Assembly (NCBI GenBank): GCA_000182565.2
Contig: KQ257456.1
Source: Spizellomyces punctatus DAOM BR117
Lineage: Eukaryota
DNA: 64,000 bases
Direction: 5' to 3' (one strand)
The notes below the pieces were generated by a model. It ran no database searches. It worked only from the letters and a program-made list of their open reading frames with translations, and was not told the DNA's origin. Shown here piece by piece: positions 25,339 to 38,208 of the stretch; the first letter of the stretch is position 1; each line of letters begins with the position of its first letter. A program made the position numbers and the translations under genes.

Positions 25339-27052
25339 TTAATCGCTGAGTGAAGGCCGCTGAATCGGCACCGGTTGGAATTGATCCAGATCAATTCCTC
25401 TAGCGCGCAATGCTGGCTCGGCGTGTGCAGGAACAAGAACCCGGTTCAAATCAGGTTGAATAGACAGTTCTACGTTACAGAAAAAAGTCAGAATAGTCCA
25501 CCATTAATCCGACAAAGATAAAATTACCCAGAGTTGAGAAGTCAAACAACGGTGGGAAATCCTTTCCGTTCATCATTTTTGTTTCAGGGAGGCGTAACTC
25601 ATCAAAGAAGTTGTGGGCCATGGCCTCGACGGCAGTTAATCGGTTGGGTGGTGTGTATTCGAGAAGCTTGCCAATGAGATCGAGGGATTCGGGGGTGGTG
25701 GGTTTGTTCTTAAACACCTGGATGACGGAAGTAGGATGAGTGCCGCCCACAACTGTCAACATACTATAAGACAAACCTTGGGCCATGTGGCAGCTTTGAT
25801 TTGAGGGAATTTGTACTCTGTGTAGTTTCGGTTCATAGACTTTATTTGTTCCCGCGTTGGAGTGCCGAGAACTTTGATAATTTCAACCAATTGATCTACC
25901 CCGGATTCTCCCGGGAAAATAGGTTGGCCCAGCATGAGCTCAGCCATTACACATCCAGTCGACCATACATCTACAGAGACATGTATTCAGCCATATTATC
26001 TCAGATATGGGTCAGATGTATCCTGGAACTCACCAATGCTGACGTTGTAATCGGTACTTCCGAATATCAGCTCTGGGGCTCGGTAATATCGGGAACATAT
26101 GTAGCTCACGTTGGGTTCATCCTTCACCAGAATCTTTGCACTCCCAAAGTCACAGAGCTTAAGAACACCAGTTGCGGGATCAAGCAGCTATACATCAACA
26201 TAGTGACTGTTAGAGGATGTAACCTGCATTGTGTGGGTAATCGACTTACCAAGTTTTGTGGTTTAATATCACGGTGGCAGATGCCCAGTGCGTGGATGTA
26301 AGCAAGCGCTCTGAAGAGTTGATACATGTAAAGCTGACGACAGAGAAAATTAGCCACATCCTTGTTGACGCATGATGTAGACATGCAAGCATAAACAAAC
26401 CTTGATAGAGAGCATCGGCATTGTTTGCTTGATCTTGGCGTAATGCCGTGAAGCCCTGTATATTGTTTCGGGTATATACTCTAGCGTAAGGTTAAGGAAC
26501 AGCTCGTCCTTTTTCTCTCCGTTGGAGTAGAAGAACGCCTTCAGACTGCAGATATTGCGGTGGTCAACTAGTCGCATGATTTGCAATTCGCGGTTCTTGT
26601 AGCGAAAGGTGTTAGTTAAATTATGATTAGAGATATCCCTCGATATGAACACACCTTGAACCGCTTGTCCTGCAATACTTTCTTGATCGCGACAGGCTCT
26701 CCGTTTGGGAGAAGCTTTGCTTGGAAGACGACGCCAAATGATCCATTACCGATGACTTTGTAGTTGGTATATTGGAGATCTATCGGTTCGCCGGTCTTTC
26801 CATCGTTTGCGGGAACAATGTTCACCTTGGTCGAGTCTGGTTCACCTGAATTATCAGAGAGAAGGATATTGGTAAATGAAGTCGTCATAAATGAAATTCA
26901 TAACAGCAACAGTAGACATTGCATCCACTGCTGTTGACTCCCAAGTGCTACTCACTGCTTAATCTCACACCATTAATTACGCTACTTCCTGTTCCTGCTT
27001 TGGCCGAGTTGTCCAAAAGAGGTTGTACAATATTTCTTTTCTTGGTCGACAT
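25339..27052 (-). CDS. GSK3: Glycogen synthase kinase-3 family kinase
   Basis: [88 protein letters not shown]. Stop at 25339; start at 27052 is tentative. Confidence 0.95.
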
Positions 27053-30000
27053 TATCGTATAATAATGTTTGCAGAGAAACGTAAGGGGAAAACAACAGAG
27101 AAATAATTATTCACAGAAAAGGGGACGCCGTGGTGGAAAGTGGCAGCTGCTTGTCGAGACAGGGGACGAGATTTGTGGGTCAAGAATCCGCTAATGAGGA
27201 TGCGCAGGAGGCCGAGTTGACAGCAGAGTCGGTGTGAGTCCCTGAAGTGGGGTTGAGGAAAGAAGAGGAGGGAGATGGAAGGGATGAGCAAACAGAGTGC
27301 ATCTCTACATGTGCTGGTGCTCATAAGTGAGCTCTTTTACAAACGCCGAGGAGTGTCGTACACGTGTATCGTGTGCATGCAGGGGCAACAGCGATGACGA
27401 CGATGTTGCGACAGTAAGAATGAACGGTCACTCACAGATGCTCTACACCTGCCCAGCTGCGAGCGATAGCTCGCTGCGCAGATGCACTGCAAGGCCACGT
27501 TTGTGGGAACACGTCCAACTGTCACACATCATAGCTTTGACTCACCTCGCTGAAAGAAGACAAGGTTGACTTCGTCCGTATGTTGCACGTCAAAGGTATT
27601 TGTGCGCACTAGAGCCAACACTTGGCAGGGAAGCGAGGCAGGTGGAAAAGGGACAGCAGGTCTCTTGCTGGTGTTGTAACGACGGACAAGGCGCTGACTT
27701 TGTTCGTGTGCGTTATGTAAACAGAGCAACTGGCCCGACCGGGGCGTAACGGGTGGAGATGATCCCCAAAGGCTGAATCGGTTGCGGGCCCCGATTCACT
27801 ATGCAAATTCCACAGAGCGGTAGATGGGAGGAAAAAGATAGACTATACTATTATTGTTTGGCTTATTTGATTTGCTCCCTTTGTTGATGGAAAAACGCGT
27901 GTCCCTCAAAAACGACGTAACAGAGCAGAAGGCCGAAAGCAAAATACGCGGACTAGCAGCAGGAGCAAGAAGAGCCAACGACACAAAAAGACTGAGAGGT
28001 GCGAGATATGGCCCTTTTTGAGATCGATCAGGTCCTCGTATGGCAAAAAGGAATGGAAGTAATAGAAGCAGCCGTGCTTATTGAATCAAGCGATAAATAA
28101 GCGAGGAGAGAAAAAAGGGATATTTTCCAAACGTAATATCGAGAAGAAAGAAGCCAACGACGACGACGACGACAGCCAAAAAGTCAAAGACGTCAAAACG
28201 CATCTGCAAACAGAAGGAACCCAAAGAACACTTCGGAGGGAAACTTGTAAATTACTTCAAACCTCCCGCGTACTTGTGTTGGGTCATGGGATATAACCTT
28301 ATCTGGTAACATTACAGTCACATGAATCAGAATTCATTAATTAAAGCGCCTAGACGCCCAATGGAACGTCATTTAATAGTGTGCAGGTGGTAGAAATTGT
28401 CACTAGAGACAAATTCTCCCTCCAGCCCACTACAGCCGGTTCTAATTTACAATTAGCCAGCCTGTCCAACCCTTCATAACCTATCCTGCAAACGAGTCCC
28501 ACCCCTATCCTAACTCGCTACAGGTTCCAGCCTGGGTTGAACTGGGGTATGTGAAAAGCTAACTACTACTAGGCCCAATGACACATGCAATACATTACGG
28601 TTGTTCTAACCGGGTAACTAAGCCCACCACATGAGAGGAATCCTACTAAGCCCTTGATTCCGAAATTCTTTAGTCAGAGGATGTTCAGATACTAAGGTAG
28701 ATCAGAATAATTAGACTGGGAATACACGTGGGAAAATACAAAGATAATGCATACCTGCGATCGTAGTAATATAGTAGTAGCAGCGTTTGCAAGGGGTTAT
28801 GTTGTATTTGCCAGCAGGATTCTCATGATGGACTTGAGAGTTGAGCGTTGGCAGATGCTTGTGTTGTGAGTCGCGGATGGGTAAAGAGGAAAGAGGGAAG
28901 GCCCCCCTTTTATAGACCTTTGGCATGCACCACATCGCAGTTTAAAAAAAAAACATTACATGCATGCCACACCGCTTTAAGTGATAGATGGGGGCGCTGA
29001 TTATGCGATATGATTAACCGGATTAATCCGGATAATAATGGGTCCTAGTGCCATTTTCAATCACCTCCACACTAAGAATAAGATGTTTATGTAATAGATT
29101 ACATAATATCAAGTTCGACTCTCGCCGGTCACACTCCGGGGATCCCAGTTCACACTAGCGGTTTTTATTGCCCTGGTACGTGAGTCTACAGTCCTTGTGG
29201 CCTTTTTATTACACTGATTTGGCAGCAGGAGTAGCCCGTTATGGCATTAAGTTTACTCTGCACCGCTTTCTTTGGTATTTGCTGCCAAATCTTGTCAGCT
29301 TGTTTTCCCTCTTGCCACTTTACAGGGTGCCTGTTGCCAAATATCGATGGTTTGCCAGACTGCTTGTCTATACGAACTTCCGCACTGCTGCAAATTCAAG
29401 GTGTGCTCCCCATACCGTATCCATTGACGTATCTAAAGCACAAAGAGGCGGTACGGGGAGACAACGGCGGAGCACGCTGAAGGCGCACAGGATCGCACCG
29501 CAGCCATGCTCTTTCTACATATGCTCTTCATTGCATACCAAATCCATGAAGATGGTGGTGGTAGTACCGCTTTGGTAAAGTTCATTCATAAAGCCACATC
29601 ACCTGCCCTTGTGCAAGTATCTGTGCACAAATTGTGCCTCTGTTGGAGGGCCGTCTCTCCCTGGCGGCAGCTATAGCTTCTATGAACAAAACGTGAGCTT
29701 TCCAAGCGTGACAGATTAGTGGTCACTGTGAGATAACTTTCTTCCAGTCCCTCAACCACCCGGTTGGGAAGCAAGCCTCGAGCTCGTGAAATCTCGTGCG
29801 GTCTACGCTTCCGTCGGTTCCTTCCGAGACCTTGGTTAAACGCCCTTTAATGGTAGGTGGCAGTTCATGAAATTGTTGCACAGCAGGGAGACAAAAACCA
29901 GACGGAACTTTGAACCCAGACAACTCAACCCAGAGGAGCATTGCCTTCGAAAACAACAAAGTAGTGATGTCGCCCATATTTCTTCCATGCTTGCATATGC

Positions 30001-31378
30001 TGTCAAAGTTAAAGATGTTGTCCAAAAAGTCTCTCGTATGAACACACAAGGTTGCAAACATCACCATAATGAGACAATGTCGATTGACATCAAAATAAGG
30101 CTTTTGCGACTAGCAGGGTAATGATTACGATATGGGTATTACAGCATCCCCTGACCTTATTGAAGGACCTCAGCCAAAGTCCAGAACGATGTCGACCAAG
30201 CAGGGTTTTCTTTTTCCTAGCCTGTGCCAAAGTCCCAGTTACTTGGTTTTCCAAGCCCATCTCGTCGTTGAAAGGGGACGAGAACAAAACGAGGTCGTTC
30301 GAAATGGGAAGCGCCCCTGCTTTTGGTTTGTCTCCCCCACCGCGACATGAAAAGGGCGTTCGTCATGTCGTTTTTGTTCGCTTGGCGAATTACGTGAAGT
30401 GTTTTGGTCCAGGAACAGTAAACAAAAGATACCCCCCTTCCACCGACACTCTGGGTTGTTGTTTCCTTTTTGTGTGCGCGGCCGAGTCATTTGAGACAGG
30501 GCTTTCAAAAACGATTTTCCTTTGGGATGATTTTTGTCTAGTTCCAAAACTCCCTAGAAAGACCAAGGGCTTTTTTGACTTGAAGCGTTTTGCTGTGAAA
30601 AGCCTCAAAGGAGAAAATAAGGGAATGGCAGGTTGGAAGCCCCTTTGACGCGAAAATATCACAGGCTTGTTTGTAAATCGTTGTCCCCGTAGCTAATCAG
30701 TAACAATAACTTGGTGAAAAGATGGGGGTCCCATTGGGGATAATCTTATGGTTATTGTATATCATCATTAGTTTACCCCCACTGGTTCCTCCAAGGGGAG
30801 GAAGGCTGCAAGCTCTGCCCATCCCGCAACCCCCAGGCTTTTTTACGGGGAGAGGGGGGCGACATCGAGCCGGAAGGTCTCACTTTGAGGTCGTTGGAAT
30901 TTCACACTTGTACGGAAAAAAAAAAAGGCTGTCCCCCTCGTGGACTTGGGTCTCACTTTTTGCTATTCGCCTGCCGGTTCTCAGCAAAAAACAACACACT
31001 AGTCTTTGTTGTGTCTCCTGGGTTCCTGGTGAGGGTATAAAAAGGGCAATGCCTGAGCTTTGCACACGTTCTCTCCACATATTTCCAAACGTTTATCTTG
31101 TTATTACTCCACATTTTTTTTTTATTACGTCTTAGCTGCACTGCCCTCGCTTGCTCTTCCCGATCCTTCCAAGGCGTTAGTTTTTAATCGTCCATTTCCC
31201 AATCTCCTCTTTGCACATATCACTGTTACCCCACGTAGCCCAGCTTTCACTTTTGGCACGATACCCACTACTCTTGGTCGTGAGAGTCATCATCATCCCA
31301 TTCTCGGGCCTTTTCGTATACGTTCTTGAACCCTGGAAGAGTAAAAACGTACACAACAAAAGAAGACTGTAGCGCATC

Positions 31379-32613
31379 ATGTCGGCAGACCTACTTAACC
31401 ACACCTCTGTGCTCTCGGACACCGCTGAAGCGATCGTGGCATCGGCAAATGCCTTGCAAACACCCGTGGACGAGACACAAAAGATTGAGTTCCCGCTCCA
31501 GTGTATCGACATCAAGGATGTGAACAGTGTGGAAGAGGGCATCACTGAAACGTTCCAGTTGCATTCGCCTATCAGTCCGGCGACAAGCGTGTCCTTACAG
31601 ACATTTGGAACCGAATTGATGGCGACGACTGCGGGTCCGCCTATTACCGCTCTTTCAGGAGACTCTTCGCCGTCCGTATCAAGTCGAGGGTCTACGTCGT
31701 CTCCGCTTTCTCCGCCAGTTCGACACAGCGGAAGCTCCTTCACATACCCTCCCTTCGAGGGGCAATTCTGCATTCCCCCTCCTGTACATTCCGAGATTCC
31801 CACCTACGACGTTCGCAGACTGCCTACTCGGCAACTTCACTTTCGGTATACCCAAAATGAAATTGCTTGCGCGGCGGATTCGGGACTGGAACGGTACACT
31901 CCCCAACACTCTGCCCTTACATTGAACATTCCTGTTCAAGCGGTCAGTGGTCAGCTAGACAACTTGCCCGCTACTCCACCACCTAGTGAGACCTGCACTG
32001 CATCGCCAACCAACGGGACACCTTTCACATTCGGTGCACCACCCTGCTTTGAACCTGTACCGAACCTGGAGCAGTATCTAAAACAAGAAGACCAGGATTT
32101 GGGATCCCTTGGTTCCTCAGCAGGAGAGTCGTCCCCAATGATCCCCGAACCACGGATAAAAAGGCTTCGGAGCGCCTCGGATTCGTTCTTGCATTTTTCA
32201 ATGGAGCCGGCAATGTTGATGGGCATGTCGCCTTCTCAAGCTGCGGATATTGCCAATGCATCCAGTATTGCTGCAGATATCCAACGACGAAGAGCAAAAA
32301 ACACTGAGGTAAGACTGATGCTTTCTACAGGCGTTGGATATCTTGAATGTGTCTCTAATCCCTCATCCAGGCAGCCCGTCGTTCTCGACAAAAGAAGGCC
32401 TGCAAAATGCGTGCGCTCGAAGACAGATGCCACGAGCTCGAATCCCACGTCGTGGACCTTGAACGCCGCTACTCTGATCGGTGCCGTGAAAAAGAAGAAT
32501 GTCTTGCCCGGGAATCACTTCTCCGTGACCGCATTTCGTCATTGGAGCAGATGTTGCAAGAGTCGCACAGTCTTGTTGTCAAGTGCTTTAATTGGAATGC
32601 TACGGAACAGTAG
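31379..32613 (+). CDS. Gcn4/CpcA-like bZIP transcription factor
   Basis: Removing the intron at about 32309-32370 gives RRRAKNTE|AARRSRQKKACKMRALEDRCHELESHVVDLE, close to the Gcn4 basic region (KRARNTEAARRSR). Ser/Pro-rich N-terminus; TATAAAA at about 31036. Confidence 0.8.
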
Positions 32614-33359
32614 CGAGATATTTTTGGTCAATTTGCTTAAAGCCCGTACGTAGCGGTGACTACTTGCACGGATGCTGAGGATAGTAAGATTCTTATTCTA
32701 CAAAAACTTCTTTGCGGGCAAGGATAAGTAGCAAAAACTGGCAAGCTTTCATACATTTAGCTCTGGTGTAAATGTGCCATTGACGGGATGTACATTGCTA
32801 GGCACTTTTCTTTTTTTTAATATTCAATAACATGAAGAAGTGACCTTTATGACCACCTTTGGTGAAATAGCACCAACGATCCATGAGAGTAATTATAAAT
32901 CATCTTCCCATTCCTTGTCATATTCACATTTACATGGAAATTTACATTTAAGCCCGTTCACTTTTGCACCAGGAGCTATCAAGAGCATTGACCTTTTGCT
33001 CGATGGAAATGCTCCGTGGTTAGCGAAACGGCCAACTCTCCCCAATTGAGCGGGAATTCTGGTGAACCGTGGCGCCTGAATGCGGAGAGGGCTGAGTTGC
33101 AAGGAAATTGATACTGGCGTTATGCAGGTAAATGGGATCATTTAAACCCAGCTTTTGATCGAGAGGGTCAAAGGGAAACGTTTGCCCAGCTGGAAATCCT
33201 GGCGCGCAATGTGTTCCCCCTACACAATCTTACTAACACCCCAGGGTTAAGTGGTTAGCGCCCTGCTTTTAACGATAAGAAACAAACGGCCTTGCCGTGT
33301 CAAAAGGGTGAACAGGAGTCCTGTCCGTTCCAAGCGGCCGATCCTGCTGTGGGTTGATT

Positions 33360-33379
33360 CCCCCCCCCCCCCCCCCCCC
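33360..33379. repeat. Poly-C/poly-G run (20 nt)
   Basis: Homopolymer seen directly in intergenic DNA. Confidence 0.8.
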
Positions 33380-34294
33380 AAAAACACACAGCTAAAAAAC
33401 AGCAGTAGAAGAGATGGATAACGGGAAGATTCCAGTTCCTTCCGAACGGCTTTCCATTAACGCTGTGATGCCCAACGAATAAAATAAAATTTCCTACCAT
33501 CTCTTCCCCACATCTGTGTTGCATAAAGAAAAAAGATGCTTTTGAATGATGAGATTTCTAGGGGCCTTTCCAACCTATCAGCTTGCATACGCGTCACTAG
33601 CATTACTAAAGGTATTTAATTTCAACTTCCACGGGGGGCTGGGGGGGAGGAGATCATTCAACAACGAGGGGAGGAGATGCATGGTAAATTGCCCACGGTT
33701 ACATTTCCTTTTGTCACATGCAGAGACCATAGAACTCCCCCCCGTCGTCGTCCTGCCTGACTATTCCTTTCAACGGTTCCGATGGTCGTGTTCGCCCCCT
33801 TCCCCAAAACACAGTTTCCAAAAGGGAAAATACCTCCCTTTCAGGCCTCCCTCAGATTTGTCATCGTGTTCATAAAAGCCTCATGGAAATATCGCAAATG
33901 GGATTTGTCAACGCTGTCACGATGGTTATGGTTGGGTCGCTTGTCTTTTTTTTTTTTCAACTATATTTTGCATCGTGGAACATTTTCTTGACGTACTTTT
34001 GGGGGCATCTGTTTGTAAAGAGCAATGTGGATAAGTTGTCGTAGGAAACAGTTAATATAGGGCTCTGTTGACGAATAAAAGAGTATAAAGAGGAAACGGA
34101 CGGTCTTCGTTTCTGTTTACTTTTATTGTTAATACATTTGGATCCCGCCGGCCGACATCCGATACCCGCATCTACTCTCGGTCGCTGTATTGCAAAGCAG
34201 ATCCGCTATCCGCTATTCGTAAGCGCTTGACCGCCTATATCGGACTACCGTTCTCGAATCTAGCAATTTCAAAGCCACCTCTCCGATAACAAAA

Positions 34295-34708
34295 ATGTTT
34301 GACTCTGGTAATTATGGGTCCAGCAACCCTTCGACAGACTCAACAACATCCTCATCATCCTCAACATGGACCCAAGATCCAGCATCTATGGGTATCATCA
34401 TCGGTGTCATTGGCGTCATATGTCTCCTAGGCATTGCACTCCTCATTTGGTCTTGCTACCGCTATCGTCGTGCAAAATTACCTACCTATGAAGATGCCGT
34501 TTCCCGAGGACCCAACCGGAATGTGGTATTGGAACCATTACCACCATATGAAAAAGACGATGAGGTAGATGAGATTCGATGCGATACTACAAGTGACATG
34601 AATGAGACGGCGCCAGGCGAGGGTAATGATGAGCAAGAAGAGGATCTTCCTCCTGCAATATATTCCCCTGCTGAAACTCTTCCTGTGGAAATTGTCGTAA
34701 GAGGATGA
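34295..34708 (+). CDS. Small single-pass membrane protein with PY motifs
   Basis: Intronless 137-aa ORF with aaaATG context. Ser/Thr-rich N-terminus, TM GIIIGVIGVICLLGIALLIW, basic RYRR, then LPTY and PPPY. Confidence 0.75.
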   Translation: MFDSGNYGSSNPSTDSTTSSSSSTWTQDPASMGIIIGVIGVICLLGIALLIWSCYRYRRAKLPTYEDAVSRGPNRNVVLEPLPPYEKDDEVDEIRCDTTSDMNETAPGEGNDEQEEDLPPAIYSPAETLPVEIVVRG

Positions 34709-35265
34709 TTTTCCCACCTCATGCCTTTACTCCCAACCAATTTCCTCTCGAGAAAACCAGCCGAGTACCTTCCCTTGCTAAAACTCTAATACCACAAGTT
34801 ATTATTTGTACATAGAATTTTTATCATGTATAACTTCTGTTCTTGAACCAAAATCTTTGTTTATATATATTAATTATAAAGTATTTACCGCTATCGATCG
34901 TTTTTGTCATTTTAACTTTCATGGACATTCCTCTCATGAGACCAATATTACTGAGGATTTATTATTCATAAGCCCATGTAGGGCCCAACCCGTTCTTTCA
35001 CAATACATCAATGTTTACGATAGTCACGTCATGCATCCGCCGAGAATGATCTTGGCCCAGCAAGTGCCAACCTTCATCTGGTCTATATAACAGGATCGTT
35101 GAACCTCGCTTGCCCGCCAAAATCCTCAGTCTCTTTACCTTTTGCCCGCTCAAATTCATATTCCTATCCCACTTGCCCGCGTAAATCCTGGGTTTTCATC
35201 CTTTACTTTGCCCCAGAAGCACCCTTTTGACTGAACCCTATCCGCCGCATATAATTATATCAAGC

Positions 35266-35864
35266 ATGCAACTCAAGAGTCTCATTTTCCTTGCTCTAGC
35301 AACAACGGCTTTAGCCCTCCCTTCTCCCACCAACGACAAGGACAAGAAAAAGCATTGGGACCACAACAACGATTGGGAGAACCACGACGACAAGAATGAC
35401 AACGAGACCAACAGTACTACTGCTTGCCCGCCTCAAAGTCCCGTCATTGGATTATCCGAGTGTGTCATTAAATGTCTAGACAGCTATAATCTGCGAGCTG
35501 CTACAAACATTGGAGCAATTGTCACCGCTGTGTGTACGTACCCGCAGGAATATTTTGATGGCGGGTGGAAAAACACCCAGAATCCGAATGATTTTGGATA
35601 CTGCGAGAAGAACTGCCCAGATGGTTCTCAGGTAGGAACCCTCCCATACACAGCACTCACAATTAGATTTTCAACTAACGAAATCATCTCCAGTTGGTGT
35701 CAATGCTTGGCTATCTCCGAAACAGCACATTGTGCAACATCAACATTCCAGGCATTACTCTGCCGCATCCTTCAATAAACACTGGTGAAGAACCAGGTTC
35801 AGCAACAGCGACCGCGACAGCTACAGCCGCCGATGCTTTCTGGGGAAATACACAAGAAAAGTAA
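35266..35864 (+). CDS. Small secreted cysteine-rich protein
   Basis: Signal peptide MQLKSLIFLALATTALA. One intron at about 35632-35693. Seven Cys including two CxxxC pairs; Thr/Ala tail ending FWGNTQEK*. Confidence 0.7.
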
Positions 35865-36131
35865 AGTATCCGATCAAAAGATGCCAATGACCCAGATGAA
35901 TTGTAAAATGGATGATTGTAAAGTTTATGTAAAGTAAAAAAAACCTGTACACATGTTAAATAGTAGTAGTAAGTCATGATCCTAGTGCTCATTACCTTAT
36001 GCAATTGGGTATTTATTCCAACTTCTCCTTCACTAATGTCATGTCCACGTTATGGCAAGTACAAAGTTGAAATCTTGACAAAGAAAACCACCGCTCCAGA
36101 ACGACCAGGCTCATCATTCACTTTCAGCCTG

Positions 36132-36300
36132 GTGGCTCTGAATGGTGGTTTCTATGACAAGTACTCAACAGATGGACAAGGGCAAGCAACAGATTCCGTC
36201 GTTTTCGTTCATCCGCAGATAGAAAACCCACATCCAGAGAGACGATTCCCAATCAAGAAACAAAATAGCCAATCGTGGCTCTGAATGGTGGTTTCTATGA
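36132..36300. repeat. Exact 26-bp direct repeat pair
   Basis: GTGGCTCTGAATGGTGGTTTCTATGA at 36132-36157 and at 36275-36300. Confidence 0.85.
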
Positions 36301-36990
36301 GTGTATGACGAATAATCGGATCGTAAAAACTGCGTCGGAAAGAAAGTCCGGAATTCTAGCAGAACAGAGCCAGTGGACACACGAGGCCGATCGGAGCAAA
36401 GGACAAGGGAAGAAGCACAACCCAGTGAGTTGAAGCAAGAGGAAAAGGTGAGCGTCCTCCTTTTTATAACCCGCAGAAGCTGCACACGTGTGCAAAGTGC
36501 AAACTGCGGCTCTTCCATCATGTCAAAGACAAAAAGGACAGGGAGGTGTGAAGGTGTGAAATGGAGACAGTGTGGTTAAACGGGCTATTCTATAGTTATT
36601 TGCGGTTCACTAGAATCATGAATTCAATTTTGTCGCATCAAGCGCTCAGACACTGTAATGCATTGTAGTGTCATGCATCCGTTATCGCATTCACATGCTG
36701 GAAAGGAAAGCGACTCACGGCGCGCGCATGTGTAAAGAATGCAATTCTTGCTATTCTTGGAAATGCATTTGCTGGATTCAGGTTATTACTGGTGATTTTG
36801 TGTTTTTTGCATTGCGCACAGGCCTGGTCAACGCTGCCCAAAGGAATAGTTTCGTGGTGGCATTGGCGATGGAGGAGATGGCGGTGGTTGGAAACCCGCT
36901 GTGATGCATTCGGAAAGAATAGCACAGCAATTTCCAACAATTTCCAATCTCCATGAGGTATACCATGCCCAACCCGGTTATAGCCGGGTT

Positions 36991-38208
36991 TTACCAAGAT
37001 CGGAAGCCCAATGCATCAGACATCCACTCGGGAACAAAAGTCTGCATAACGTTGAACCAAAGTGCATCCATGCCCACTAAATATCTCTCCTTGGGCCATC
37101 GGCTTGTCATTGCATGCACTACTGCTGCGGCAACGTGATCAGGAGGAATCGCCTCTTCTTTGGCTAGGTAAGCCATTTCTTCACACATTTTGAACAGCGG
37201 TCGGTACATCTTTTTGAGTTCGGGAGGAGCATCGCTGTAAATTGGGTCGGTCGAAAATGTCTGAAATCCCGCAGTTTTTTCTTTTTGGCTTTCATGGGCG
37301 GCTATGGAGTCGAATCCTTTGGTCCAAATCTCGCTTTGGATCGAGCCTGATTTTTTGGTAAAGTATTCAACGCCAGAAATCCATTAATGCCATCAAACTT
37401 TGATGAACACTCTACCTGGCTCGACGAAACTGACGGCTACACCGCTCTTGAAGAGTTCCCGCCTCCACACGGTGCTCAAAGATGACAGGGCTGCCTTGCC
37501 GACATGATATGCTCCAAAACCTGGCAAATGAAAAGTCCAAGCCATCATGCTACTGATATTGATCACTCTTCCTTTTGCGAGTCGCAAAGCCGGAAGGAAT
37601 TTCTTTGTTAATTTATAGGCTTGAAAGAGATTCACGTCGAGTGAATAGTAAAAATCTTCGTCCCGAAAGAGTTCGAGAGGGCCAACGATTGCTCCGCCGG
37701 CGTTGTTGATGAGTCCTGCAAGACCTTTTGGGCCACAATGGCCGATGACTGTTTGCACAGCGCTGGCAACGTCTTCATCTTTAGCGACATCCAGTATCAC
37801 TGTGTGGATGCTGGAGAGTTTGAGTTGAAGTTTTTGCCACCCTTGTGCATGTGCAAAGACCCGAGAAACTCACCTCCCCTTCCCTTTCCCAATTTTAACC
37901 TTGTCTTCAAACTCTGCTACTAGCGACTCTCCATCTTCTGTGCTTCGAATCCCAGCAAATACCTCATAACCTCTCTCTGCTAACCGCATGGCAATACATC
38001 TTCCTATCCCTTTGCTCGCACCCGTAACCAACACGGTTGGTTGTTCATCAACTCGGGGAACTTTGGGTTCAAAGCTGGGTACCCAGCGTAAGAGATGAAA
38101 GAACCAAAACAGAATGTTATGAACGATGGTCAACAGAGGATTGATAATAGAGAATGATACAGAGTTGAGAACTGAGATGAAATGGAGGACAGAACGTGGA
38201 GTCTTCAT
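36991..38208 (-). CDS. Short-chain dehydrogenase/reductase (retinol/17-beta-HSD-like) with N-terminal hydrophobic anchor
   Basis: VLVTGASKGIG, ILDV, GLINNAG, GRVINISS, catalytic YHVGK, VEPG, ERYLVGMDA. Two introns. Confidence 0.9.

Noticed and set aside
27538-27544. TGACTCA Gcn4/AP-1 site between GSK-3 and the bZIP gene
   Set aside because: Single copy, and it coincides with a minus-strand GAG|GTGAGT splice-donor-like sequence.
29105-29135. GTTCGACTC T-loop/B-box-like motif
   Set aside because: Flanks do not form a T stem or cloverleaf.
29168-30662. Several 60-175 aa ORFs in the long GSK3-bZIP intergenic region; possible transposon relic
   Set aside because: No transposase or RT motifs, terminal repeats or coherent exon chain recognised.
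36132-36300. Direct repeat pair as a CRISPR-like array
   Set aside because: Only two copies, a 117-bp spacer, eukaryotic context and no cas genes.
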